63,447 nt of DNA, filler included, from Reticulomyxa filosa (GCA_000512085.1; 19 parts of 19 records of this genome joined end to end with filler, not necessarily neighbours in it); one strand, 5' to 3'. Shown: positions 52,570-63,447, numbered from the whole stretch's first letter. Numbers and translations are program-made. Notes: generated by a model from the letters alone, not told the origin.

Positions 52570-54364
52570 ATGATGGAATTGAGTTTAAATGATTCCTTAC
52601 GAGACAAAAATAATTGGAAATTGTATCATCTTTACACACAACGACAATACAAAGCATGCCTTTCTATGGTTGAGTCGCAGCTACAAAGTTCTCGCGGGCA
52701 ATGTGAGTATGCACTGTATATAAAAGGATTAATCATGCGCATTCTAGGAAATATTACAGAATCATTGCAACTGTTTCAAGCAGCAACAGCAATAAATGCA
52801 AAAAGTATGAATAATTTGAAACAGGTTGCACGATCTTTGTACTTATTTGGGCAATATGAAGCTAGTATTGCCATTTTCAAAAAAGCCGAAGAGTTAACAG
52901 GTGGAGACTGGGAACTTTGGCACAATCACGGCTTATGTTGCGAACATTTAAAACGATACAAAGAAGCGATTGAATGTTATCAAAATGCCAATTCTATACA
53001 AAAACATGATAACACTTTTATTCGAATGGCCAAGGTTTCTTATTTTTTCTCTGGCCCTTTTTCCTTTTTTACAAACTAACTTTAGCAACTGAAAAAAATT
53101 CCAACTGCAAAGGTATATTGGGAGCAAAATATGCTGGATCAATCGATCGAAACTTACAAAGAAGCTTTGGAATTTTCACCTGAAAACCCAACTTTACTTA
53201 CAAATTTAGGATTGCTTTATTTGCGTTGTGGAAACTATTTTGATGGTTTTAATTTTTTAGGGAGTTCATTGTCATTGCATCCAACCGACAATAAAACATT
53301 ATTAGCTGCAGCTGCAGTTATACAAAATCACCAAGACATGGATGCTGCCCTGACCAAATATCGAATTTGTGCAACTACAAATCCGTTTTGTGCTGAGTTG
53401 TGGAGTAATATTGGCATGTGTTTTCACTCAAAAAATAAGTATTTAGAAAGTGTTGCTACACTCAAAAAAGCATTATATTTTAACCCATTTGATTGGTGTA
53501 TCGCGTTCAATCTTGGCTGACCTACCTTACCCATAGTTTGTTGACATTCTTTAAAAAAAACTTTTCAAAGTCGTACGAATATCATCTAATCAAAACTAAA
53601 TAGATCAAAATGCGTCAGCATTCCATTATTTCTCTTGTTCAATTAACCTAAATCCAAATTATTCGCTGTCTTACATGTACTTAGGAATTGCGCTGTGTCG
53701 ACTGAAAGATTTTGACAACGGGCAAGTTGCCTTGGAACGAGCTGTAACAATAAATAACAATAAATCTATAGTAGAACAAAAAATGAATCACCAAAATTTA
53801 ATCACGTTTGGTGGGATGACAACAAATGAGTTGTCTCGTACCGAAACTGATTGCACAAATACTTCATCTCAAGATAATGATGAAACTCGTACTCGACTAA
53901 ACAAACAAACAAAACAACAACTTCACATTCTTCTAGCAAGCCAAACAATTTCAATACTAAGAGCATACTGGAAAAAAAATTAAATCAATGTTTGATTCAT
54001 CTCAATTACGCGATTTTATTTCTCAAAGTAATGTATTGATTATTCTTTTTTAGACGTGTAAAATGTACATAGTTTTGTTTTTGGATTACAATTGATCCAT
54101 AAAAATAAAACATAGAAAATTGACTTTATTGTGGCAAGCATGGAGTTTGAAGATGATGAGGAAGAGGCGTCCAGTGAGGTTGCTATATTTTCTCAAAAGT
54201 CAAAAAAGATAAAGGAATGTAAAACCTTGGCCAAACAACAATTTGCCCAATTTCAAAAAATTTGGGAAACTGTTGACAGCGACACAAAGACAAACGAATT
54301 GCCGTCTGCTCAGGTACAAGTTCAGATCATTGGTATCTTGGTTTCCTCGACTGCCACAAAATAA
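52570..54364 (+). CDS. BBS4: Bardet-Biedl syndrome 4 (BBSome TPR subunit), multi-exon, two 1-nt frameshifts
   Basis: NWKLYHLYTQRQYKACL..ESQLQ...GQCEYALYIKGLIMR.LGNITESLQLFQ...NLKQVARSLYLFG, DWELWHNHG, DMDAALTKYR, LWSNIGMCF, ASAFHYFS, IHLNYAIL all follow BBS4. Frameshifts at about 53517 and somewhere in 53884-53981. Confidence 0.93.
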
Positions 54365-54819
54365 AATTTCTTGCTGCAACAAACTTATAAAAAAGAACCT
54401 ACAAACTAACATATTTTGGTGGTTGTGTTTTTTGATTCTTCGAAACATTTCAATATTTCTTTTTTCAGTCATTTCCAACGAAAATACAATTAAATTTCTT
54501 TACTGTGATTTCTACGTCTACGAAAGTAACTTTTTATTAGTTGTGAATAATTTTGCATCCAACATGAAACAAAAGTAAAACAAATAATACAATCTTTTTA
54601 GGCTTTTTTCCAATTCATGGATAATTAATTTTTTGAATTAAATGTAAATTTATGCTATTGTCATCAAATGTAGTAATTCTAGAGCATTACTGTCAATATG
54701 TAAACAAACGTTTGCAGTGTAAAAAAAACTGAGTTTTTTGTTGGTTTTTCCTTAAAACGTGCAGAAGATACCTTTTTACGTAAACTTTTCTTGTAAAAAG
54801 TCATCTTCCGTTTTTCACA

Positions 54820-57800
54820 ATGGCTTCAGGAAGGGCGATCACAACCCCCTTAAGTCCCAAGTGTGTATATTTTTGCAAGTGTATATGTAACATGTATTGT
54901 ATCTCCTCCCTGAACTTTGAAAAGGAAGGCAGAAAGCAAGAAAAGTGAACGTATGAACAAGTGATAGTTTTTGTTTTTTGAACAGCCATCAGAAAGAGCT
55001 TCTCCATTGCGACGAAGAAGAAAAGGAGACATCGGCAATGTTGCATCCATCAAATGGAACAACTCACAAGCCCAATAAACGAATATTTCATTCTTCCAAA
55101 TGTGAGCGATGGAATTGGCCCGAATATATGAAACGAGTGGCAACCTACACAGGCCCGAGATGGCTTGAAAAAGTTACGCTCCCCACACGCACATAAAAAA
55201 AAAATTACATATGAGTACAAATATAAATACTTATATTTATATTTTTTTATTTATATACATATATAAACATATAATATATATATATATATATGTATATAAT
55301 GAATATGTGATTCAATAAATCAAATAGCCTCAAAGAGTACGCGCATTGACATGTGCGCGTCACGGATGGATATGCACAAGTGTGAATACTTTAAAATGTG
55401 TGTGTTGCTCGAAAGTGTTGGTATGGACCAACGAAAGCAAACTGCCAGACGATGAAAGTTGGTGAATAAATGATTCATTTCTCTAGCAAATGAAGAGAAG
55501 GAGGGCGCCATTTATTGGAAAAAACAAACAAAAGTGATACAACAACACGATATCAAATGACACAAATACAAAACATAAGCACAAAAAATAAATTGGTATA
55601 TGTATAAGATTGTATGCGGATGACACAACGAAAAAACAATGGAACAATAGCAATGCAAGACTTTGCGAATAACTTGAGCAAACACCATGACAACGACTGC
55701 TGCTGGAAAGAAATGGCATGCGAAGAGGCATATGAACATCTGCCAACGGAAGAATTGACATTGGGAGCGTTGTTGAAAGAGCACTTATTGAAAAGTTGGA
55801 AACCACAAAATGACTGTCAAGATGTTATCCATTTGCGTATCTCCAAATTTATACGCGATCAAATAATTGAAAAAGTTGAACTGAACTTTTTCAAATCACT
55901 CCTTTCTCCCCCCCCCCTTCTTCCCTCCCTCTCTTTCTCTCTTCCAATACACACACATTCGAACTTGCAAGCTATTTCCAAATTGTGTGTGTATTATATA
56001 CGCAGATGAACTCATTCAAATCTCATGACAAATCGTACAACAACAATCACTGTTCAATCATTACATTGTTTTCTCAACAACAACGTAGCATTCAAGTTTT
56101 ATTTATTTTGATTTGTTGTTTTATTTTATTTTTTGTTTCATTTATTTATTTGTTTTGCTTAAAAAAAAAAAATAAAATAAAAGGACATCTTACTATTGGT
56201 CAGCTGCGGATGGTCTTTAAGACCAGGAAATCAAAGAGATTCAACAGTGTGTCATGGCAATCCCAATGTACCGACGATGGAGTGCAAATATTGCAATACG
56301 TGTGTCTCCTTGGGCCCCTTTGAACTGATCGTGAAACAAACTCTTGTTTCTTCAGACGTCCATCCCGCTGCTGCTGCAAAGCTGCAAGACTCGAGTCCAC
56401 CAATCGATACAAACTCGTTCAACGCTAATGTAAGTGATGTCGTGTTTGCACTGGTCCTATATTTGTTGTTCTCCTGACCAAACACACACGAACATATAGA
56501 AAGTGCAAAATAGCCTATATATAACATTCAAACTGTCCTTATAAATGCAATGGGGGGTCGGGGACACAAATAGGACAACACACAAGCGACATTTGCAATA
56601 AATAACGAAATGTACAAACACGAAACCCATTTGATCACAGACCAATTGTCCCAGTTGGGACTGACATTAAAGTCTCCAATGAATCGTCAAGTGGACTTGG
56701 ACATTTATCCGACCTCAGCACTGCAATCACCTGCTGACTTTGGTGACATTACCAATCGAACTATCAACTATCAACACAAAACTACGTCTTTGGAAAGCGC
56801 TGAAGCCAACTGCCAATGGCCTCGCAGATGTTATTTGTTGAACACCAATTGGTCGTCGGAAGAACTTGCCGAACCTATGCAGTCCACCACTGACCTTGAC
56901 CGTCCCTCTGATCGTTTCAACTTATCCAAAAACAAAAGATCGTTGTCTCAATTCAACAATACAGAGATTCAACAACCTATCAATGGTTATGTTATTATTC
57001 AAAAAAACAAACTTTTTTTTCTTTTTGTGTGTACATACACTTTTCGATTTATCCTGCTTTTCTTTGTTTCAAATGAGAGAAATACATACATATATGTGTG
57101 TATGTATGTATGGGCTGATTGCTTGTGTGAAAAACAATTGGGATAGATAATGATGAAGCGACCACAAAGAAAAATAAAAAAATGAAGAAAATATCACCCA
57201 CAAGCCCAATTAATCCTCGAAAACGCAAACGTACTGACCTTATCACAGATCAAAAGAATCGTGACAATAACAATACACAGCAAAACGATAACGATGGTAA
57301 GTATGACAATAAAAAAGCATTTAGTTGTATTTTTTTTTTTTTTTTTTTTTGAACAATTGCATACATCTTTTTATTTTGCCCTTTTTATTTTTTTATTAAA
57401 AAGAATTTGTTTGCTTTTTCTATTTGAAAAGAAACACAATTTAACAATATAACTGTGACAGATGACATAACGGAACCACAACGAAAGAGACAACGACTGG
57501 AATCACAAGACGCAAATGTTAAATCAGAGGCAAAGATAATGTTTGAATCGATTCCTGAAGAAAGCATCGAAACAAAAGAAAACAATAATGTTCAAAATAA
57601 CTCAATAGCGCCTGCCCAAGGACGAAAGCGAAAACGTGAAGAAATGGGAGAGTCGTGTGATGTCAACAACGAATCCCAACAAAATATAAAGCGTCGTCGT
57701 TTGGCACATTCCTCGGTGTTAGCATTGCCTACAATTGATATTAGCTTAAACAATGAATTGAATATCATTCAACAACATAAACTTGATTGTCCATTTGTGC

Positions 57801-57994
57801 GATCACATTACTACTTAGGTAAGTTTATATCCATTTCTTCAATTATCACAAACAATTTTCGATGTCATCACTGTTTATCTTGAAACAATGAACAAATATC
57901 AGATCAATGTATGACGGGTTGGGAATATTGCGCAGCGATTATTACTCAAAATCTACGAGAATACATAGAAATCTTGGCCAAGCGAAAAATTTAG
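54820..57994 (+). CDS. ZC3HC1/NIPA (Rsm1/Pml39)-like C3HC zinc-finger protein, multi-exon
   Basis: Spliced CERWNWPEYMKRVATYTGPRWLEK|PQRVRALTCARHGWICTSVNTLKCVCC...LSKHHDNDCCW (zf-C3HC); LVSCGWS...MECKYCNTCVSL and distal QHKLDCPFV...TGWEY (Rsm1-like second module). Confidence 0.8.
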
Positions 57995-58492
57995 TTTGTT
58001 TTTCTTTTTTTGTTTTGTGTTTTTTTTAAATTATTATTGATTTTTTCCGCTTTGGAAGACAAAGTTTTTCTTGTCATGTCATGAGATATTTTTTGCACAC
58101 AACTGAAACGTTTCATTATTTACAAGAAAAAACAGAAAACAAGCAAAAATAAAATTTAAAATGAAAGATTGCCCGTGAAATCTTTTAGAACAAAATTGAA
58201 AAAGGTTAGTCGTTTTAACATTAAAATTTACACTTGAAATCTCAATCCAATTGTTTTTACTTCATTATTTTGTTATTTTTGTTCTCAACAAGTTTTAAAC
58301 CGCAATGTACATAAAAATCTTCTTATTGCAAATATAAAAAAATTCAATTACTGGTTTTTTTGTGAGCTAAATTCGAAAACGAAAGGCTCCTAATTTAAAA
58401 CTGCTGTATATGCGATATTAATTTGTAATAATAACCTCGTTTTTGCAATAAGAAAGCTGTTGAAAATTTTTTCTTAGTTGTTTACTTCCGAC

Positions 58493-59031
58493 ATGGATCA
58501 TTCAAGACACAAGACAAGGTCTTGAAACACAAAGTGTCCACTTTCCAAACACAAATGGCTTTGCAATGGTTGTACTGACACAGAGATAGAGATAGAAATG
58601 ACCGAACAAAGTCTCGATCTCATCTCCAGGTTTGCAAAAGTGCTTAGTTCATCTTGTTCATTCTTTCTCCTATAACAGAAAAGAGCAATTTTTTAAAAAA
58701 ATTTCCTCATGTGGAAATAGGACAAATTAAATGTTGATGAGTTTGGAAGAGTTTTGCGTCCTGATTCGTTGAGTAATTTTTTTGTTTTATTTGACCCCAC
58801 CAAAAAAAAAAAAAAAGAAATGCGCAATTTTCGATTTCGCGAATCAGCATTTTGTATGTGACATCTGTGAACAATAGAGATAACGAAGGGGGCAAACCAG
58901 AAAGCAGCACATTAGGCCGAAGAAACAGCCAAAGTGGCGGCCACGAAAGAGACCAGCGTGGCAGTGGCCGACATTCAAAGTCTCCACCCGCAGCAAAGCG
59001 AAAGTCTATCTCTCGTTCGCGGTCTTCTTCG
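58493..59031 (+). CDS. Arg/Ser-rich protein, 5' exons only
   Basis: MDHSRHKTR|DRDRNDRTKSRS...|...GRHSKSPPAAKRKSISRSRSSS with GT-AG-bounded gaps; truncated. Confidence 0.4.
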
Positions 59032-59131
59032 NNNNNNNNNNNNNNNNNNNNNNNNNNNNNNNNNNNNNNNNNNNNTTAATTAATTAANNNNNNNNNNNNN
59101 NNNNNNNNNNNNNNNNNNNNNNNNNNNNNNN

Positions 59132-60251
59132 CCCCGCTCATCAAGCGCGGCAGAAGAAGGTCACGGGCTTGGGCGAGTTTTTGGTTTTGTTGGTTGAGGA
59201 TAGTCAATTGCCTGTAGATCAGTTGGAAATTGTCCTCCACGACCGACATCATCGTGCTCTCGGGCAAACAAACAAAGACCCGATCAAGTGCCGAACGTCT
59301 GATATGCTTCATCGTCGCACCAACGGTATGATTTTCAAATGCAGGTAGCGCTTCCCGCAATGCAAGCAACATGAATGCAGCACTTACTCGGCCAGTCGGT
59401 AAGACCAAAAACAAATGCTGGTTCAATAGCGCTGGTCCGCCGGACCAAATGTTGACTGCAAGCGTGCCCGACCAAGAGAAAATCAGATCGCCATCATTGA
59501 TGTGATATCGTTTCGGTATCTCTTCTCCCGAATTTCTTGGCGTCTTGTCCGTCACTCCCAACTTCAGTTCGGGGATTTTTACGATCGGCACTCCTTCCTC
59601 GCTAAGCTCAGACGGCTTGAATGGATAGCCATTCACAAAATCTGCCAAGTCTGACAGAGCAAAGCGGGCCCATCCCTTGGGCAAGCCGTCGATGATTTTG
59701 ACGTGTTCGTGGCCAGGAAAGCGGAAGTGGACGAACCACTCGCGATAGAGCATCCGCGCCGCCTCCTCCAACAGCGCAATCCGCCGCCGGTTGTTCTCGA
59801 TTAGGTCGTCGTAGGCAACGAGCACCGAGGCGACGTTGTCCTGTGTCTTTCGATCAGCAAGATAGATCGGAAGGCTGTGAATATGGTTCCTGTTGAGGGT
59901 CGGGTTCGCTCCTCCAACGTTAAACCGCTCAAGGCCCAGACACTTCAGTGCGTAATAGACAAAGCGAGGATTATTACCATTGAGCGATTTACTCCAAAGC
60001 GTTGTGTCATGTGGCCAGTAGTCGCTTTCGGAGAAGTGGACGGTACCCAGAGAACCCTTGCGGCCAATTACAACGCCTGGCCCTTCGACCATGGCCTCAT
60101 TGTGCCAACTGCTAGGACCAGATGAAGAGATGACCGGAACCTCGCCATCCTTTTGTTGAGCCTTTGTGATGTCAAAGCCACGCTGTAAGAACACAAGGTC
60201 TTGAAGGACCGCAGGCTTCCAGCGCTTCGAGCCGAGATAGAAAGCCGTCAC
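59132..60251 (-). CDS. hsdS: Bacterial type I restriction-modification specificity subunit, last few codons missing
   Basis: TRD1, conserved AYDDLIENNRRRIALLEEAARMLYREWFVHFRFPGHE spacer, TRD2, then LAQARDLLLPRLMSG. GTG start overlaps the hsdM stop (GTGA, 60248-60251). Confidence 0.95.
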
Positions 60252-60732
60252 TGGCCTAGCTCCTCGACGTTCTTGGCGATGCGCGCCGCCAGTTCCGCCG
60301 CTTCTTCGTTCAGACCCTTGAGGTCGATATGGATGGACCGCAGCGCCTCCTCGAAGTCGAAATCCTCGTCCGTTTCTTCCGGCGCGACGCCGACATAGCG
60401 GCCCGGCGTAAGGCTCCAGTCATGGGCAGCAACGGTGGCGCGATCGACACGCTTCACCAGCCCCTCGACATCGCGCAAGCTGGCCTCGGGGAAGCGCTCC
60501 TGCAACCAGTCCGCCTGCTTCACAAAATATCGCGCCTGCCGTAGCGCCTCCACCGTCCTCGCCCGCGCCTCATCCAGCGCCTTACGGGCCTTGTTCACGT
60601 CGGCATTGTTCCAGGCGTCGGCATCGCGCGCCGCAAGCTCCTTCACCGCAATGTCGATCACCCAGCCCGAGAGCTTTACGGCGAGGTCGATCTGCTTGGT
60701 CAGGTCCCGGCAGCGATCCGCCATCGGGTGCA
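60248..60732 (-). CDS. hsdM: Bacterial type I R-M methyltransferase subunit, C-terminal part
   Basis: WSLTPGRYVGVAPEE.DEDFDFEE.LR.IH..L..LNEEA.ELAARIAKN is a typical HsdM C-terminus, directly upstream of hsdS. Confidence 0.88.
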
Positions 60733-60832
60733 NNNNNNNNNNNNNNNNNNNNNNNNNNNNNNNNNNNNNNNNNNNNTTAATTAATTAANNNNNNNNNNNN
60801 NNNNNNNNNNNNNNNNNNNNNNNNNNNNNNNN

Positions 60833-60867
<35 letters not shown>

Positions 60868-62240
60868 TTGTTTGTTGTGAATTCGAAACGACAGGACAGC
60901 ACCGTTGAAATTGAAAAATTGAATACGGAAATTACAAAAATGAGTGAAGAAATAAAAAAGATGAATGAGATGTTAGAGTTCAAAGACAAGCAGCTTTTGG
61001 AGAAAGAGGAAGAAATTCAAACGATCTGTGAACAGTTGATTGACACTTGTACGAGCAACAACAACAAAGAAAAACAAACTCCACGAAACATGACATTCGA
61101 TAAATCTTTTGAAGAGTCTACCCAAACTTCAAATCAAAATGATGACACAGAACAAAAAGAATCTTCTGATAGCAAGCCTTCAACATCTCTTCCAAAGACG
61201 TATACCGAGCACGTTTTCGATGCACTGCGTGCACTCAAACTACGCAAGGCTTTTCGTAAACACGCAAAATGTGTATATAGCATTCACCTTTCATCATTCG
61301 AGAATGGTAAATACCTTGGTTCAGGATCACATGATAAAACAGTTCGAATATGGGATGTAAATACAACCAAAGAGTTGGTGTCATTCGAGGGACATTCGGA
61401 GCCAGTGCATTGCGTAAAATTTTCGGATTACCATTATAACAATAATCATGGCGTAGTCATTGCCTCTGCGTCAAATGATAAAACCATCTGTCTTTGGAAT
61501 CTTACAACTAAAAAAATGCTTGCGACATTAAAGGGACACCAAAGGGGTGTTAAGAGTATCCAATTTTCGTCATTTAGTGGTGGCCGATATTTATGTTCCG
61601 GATCGAATGACAAATACGTTTTTTTGTGGGACGTTGGAACTTATCGATTATTGTACGCGTTCAGTGGACACACAGACAATGTCTATTGTGTAGATGTCTC
61701 GCCATTGCATAGCACTGCTGGTAAAAATATCAATATTGGCACATTGGGGTCGGATATACTATCTGCTCTGGATCATCCGATTGTACAGTCCGATTATGGG
61801 ATGTTGACACAAACAAAGGGTTGACCACTTTCAAAGGGCACACGGGTTTCGTGTACAGTGTAAAGTATTCACCTTATGATGGCGGAAATATCATATGCTC
61901 TGGATCGTATGATAAGACAGTACGATTATGGGACGTTCGATCTGGTCAGGAAATCCAAACGCTTAACGGACATTCGTCTTGGATCTCCTGTGTTGATTAT
62001 TTGCCATTCATTCGCATTCGTGCCAATATAGACACTACTGATGCAAACATCATCTGCTCTGGATCAGCTGATAAGACAATTTGTTTTTGGGACGTTCGAA
62101 ATAACAAGCAACTTTTCAAGCTCACGCACGAAACTGAAATCTATTGCGTTCAGTTTCCTTCCGCAAAAGGTACAAAGGGTGTCAAAAAAGCAAAATTATG
62201 TTACGGTGGTGGAGACGGTCGGGTTCAATTCTGGATGTAG
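60868..62240 (+). CDS. Coiled-coil + WD40-repeat protein, one frameshift
   Basis: Repeated GH...V..V.FS....ICSGS.DKT(V/I).LWDV units. ORFs 60868-61824 and 61821-62240 fuse by adding one G at 61746-61749, restoring IGTLGVGYTICSGSSDCTVRLWDV. True start uncertain. Confidence 0.9.
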
Positions 62241-62357
62241 ACTGCTTTTTTTTTTTTNNNNNNNNNNNNNNNNNNNNNNNNNNNNNNNNNNNNNNNNNNN
62301 NTTAATTAATTAANNNNNNNNNNNNNNNNNNNNNNNNNNNNNNNNNNNNNNNNNNNN

Positions 62358-62678
62358 CGAGAACGGATCCTGGAAGATGATCTGCATCTGCCGCCGGTAG
62401 GGCCGCAGCTCGGCCTTCGACAGGCCCATGATCTCCCTGCCTTCGACCTTGATCGAGCCCGAGGTCGGCTCGACCAGGCGCATGGCGGCGCGGCCGGCGG
62501 TGGTCTTGCCGCAGCCCGACTCGCCCACCAGGCCGAGCGTTTCGCCAGCCCGTACGGTGAAGGTGACGCCATCCACGGCATAGACCTGGCCGACCGTGCG
62601 GCGCAGCAGGCCCTTCTTTACCGGGAAGTGCTTCTTGAGGTCCTTGACCTCGATGACGGGGGGATTTGCGCTAACCAT
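62358..62678 (-). CDS. Bacterial oligo/dipeptide ABC transporter ATPase OppF/DppF-like, 5' part
   Basis: [20 protein letters not shown]...VYAVDGVTF...[12 protein letters not shown]...[11 protein letters not shown] at 62678 overlaps the upstream gene's stop by 8 nt. Confidence 0.92.
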
Positions 62679-63170
62679 GTGTGTGCCAGCAGGCGGCCCA
62701 GTGACCGGGCTGCTTCTCCTCGTAAACCGGACGTTCGCTGCGACATTTGTCGTCGGCCCTGCTGCAGCGGGGCGCAAAGGCGCAGCCGGCCGGCAGGTCG
62801 AACAGCGGTGGCACGATGCCGGGAATTTCCTGCAGGCGCTCGTTGCTGCGATCGGTCTGCCCACGCATCAGGTCGAGGCGCGGGATCGAATTCATGAGGC
62901 CGACCGTGTAGGGGTGAAGCGGCCGGGCGAACAGTTCGCCTACGGTCGCCTCCTCGACCTTGCGACCGGCATACATGACGATGACCCGGTGCGCGGTCTC
63001 GGCGACGACGCCGAGATCGTGCGTGATCAGGAGGACCGCCGCGCTGAACTCGCGCTGCAGCTCGACGATCAGCTCCAGGATCTGCGCCTGGATGGTGACG
63101 TCGAGCGCGGTCGTCGGCTCGTCGGCGATCAGCACCTTGGGATTGCAGGCCAGCGCCATCGCGATCATCG

Positions 63171-63201
<31 letters not shown>

Positions 63202-63447
63202 CGGATACTCCTTCGCACGCTGCGTGGGCTCCGGGATGCGGACCAGCTCCAGCATCTCGATCGCCCGCTTCATCGCCTGCTTGCGATCCATGTCGCGGTG
63301 CAGGATCAGCGCCTCGGAGATCTGCTTGCCGATCGTCATCACCGGATTGAGCGACGTCATCGGCTCCTGGAAGATCATCGAGATCTCGTTGCCGCGCACG
63401 TCGCGCATCTCCTCCTCGGAGATCTTGAGCAGATCGCGGCCGGCCAG
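62671..63447 (-). CDS. Bacterial oligo/dipeptide ABC transporter ATPase OppD/DppD-like, 5' truncated
   Basis: [63 protein letters not shown]...AACW. Confidence 0.94.

Noticed and set aside
27048-57994. Apparent cluster of nuclear export/pore genes (GLE1, exportin-5, NIPA) and of actin-related genes
   Set aside because: They lie on different contigs; adjacency in this window carries no linkage information.
1-59031. Alternative genetic code (stop reassignment)
   Set aside because: TAA, TAG and TGA all end recognisable genes (ARPC4 TAA, coactosin-like TAG, membrane protein TGA). Internal breaks need a frame change or an intron, not read-through.
59132-62240. hsdMS next to a WD40 gene as a novel defence system or HGT island
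   Set aside because: Separated by a spacer, with very different composition; almost certainly different organisms.
5156-62357. Recurrent palindromic TTAATTAATTAA flanked by N runs, as a repeat, CRISPR-like array or recombination site
   Set aside because: Identical 100-nt synthetic linker. ORFs ending in XXX/LIN are artefacts of it.
62679-62864. N-terminal extension of ORF 62310-62864
   Set aside because: Overlaps the OppD/DppD C-terminus in another frame; the real start is the ATG at 62678.

Overview
This is not one locus. It is a concatenation of 19 short draft-assembly contigs joined by an artificial 100-nt spacer (N44-TTAATTAATTAA-N44, stops in all six frames) at 5156-5255, 10573-10672, 13431-13530, 21033-21132, 22687-22786, 24429-24528, 26948-27047, 28295-28394, 31204-31303, 32304-32403, 38446-38545, 39770-39869, 44325-44424, 45425-45524, 47452-47551, 59032-59131, 60733-60832 and 62258-62357. 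Seventeen contigs look like an AT-rich, intron-rich protist using the standard code and short GT-AG introns. The WD40 family signature and overall style suggest the foraminiferan Reticulomyxa filosa or a relative (my inference, not verified). Recognisable genes: ARPC4, EamA/SLC35G transporter, AidB-like acyl-CoA dehydrogenase, CLC channel, DAGL-like lipase, RH50/DDX28-like helicase, F-box protein, a 7-exon coactosin-like gene missing from the ORF track, GLE1, UBR/PRT6 E3 ligase, UBA2-like RRM protein, a myosin-XI-like Dilute tail, an ARM+PH protein, exportin-5, a non-RD kinase, an SDR, BBS4, ZC3HC1/NIPA and a WD40 protein. Two contigs are GC-rich, intronless and bacterial (type I R-M hsdM-hsdS; oppD/dppD-oppF/dppF), most likely a co-sequenced bacterium. 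I found no convincing novel multi-gene system, RNA gene, CRISPR array or transposon. The best leads are (i) introns with T-rich 5' parts and poly-A/AAG acceptors instead of a polypyrimidine tract, and (ii) about 11 single-base frameshifts in conserved genes, several falling exactly at a stop codon. The frameshifts are probably homopolymer sequencing errors, but this can be tested against stop-triggered recoding.
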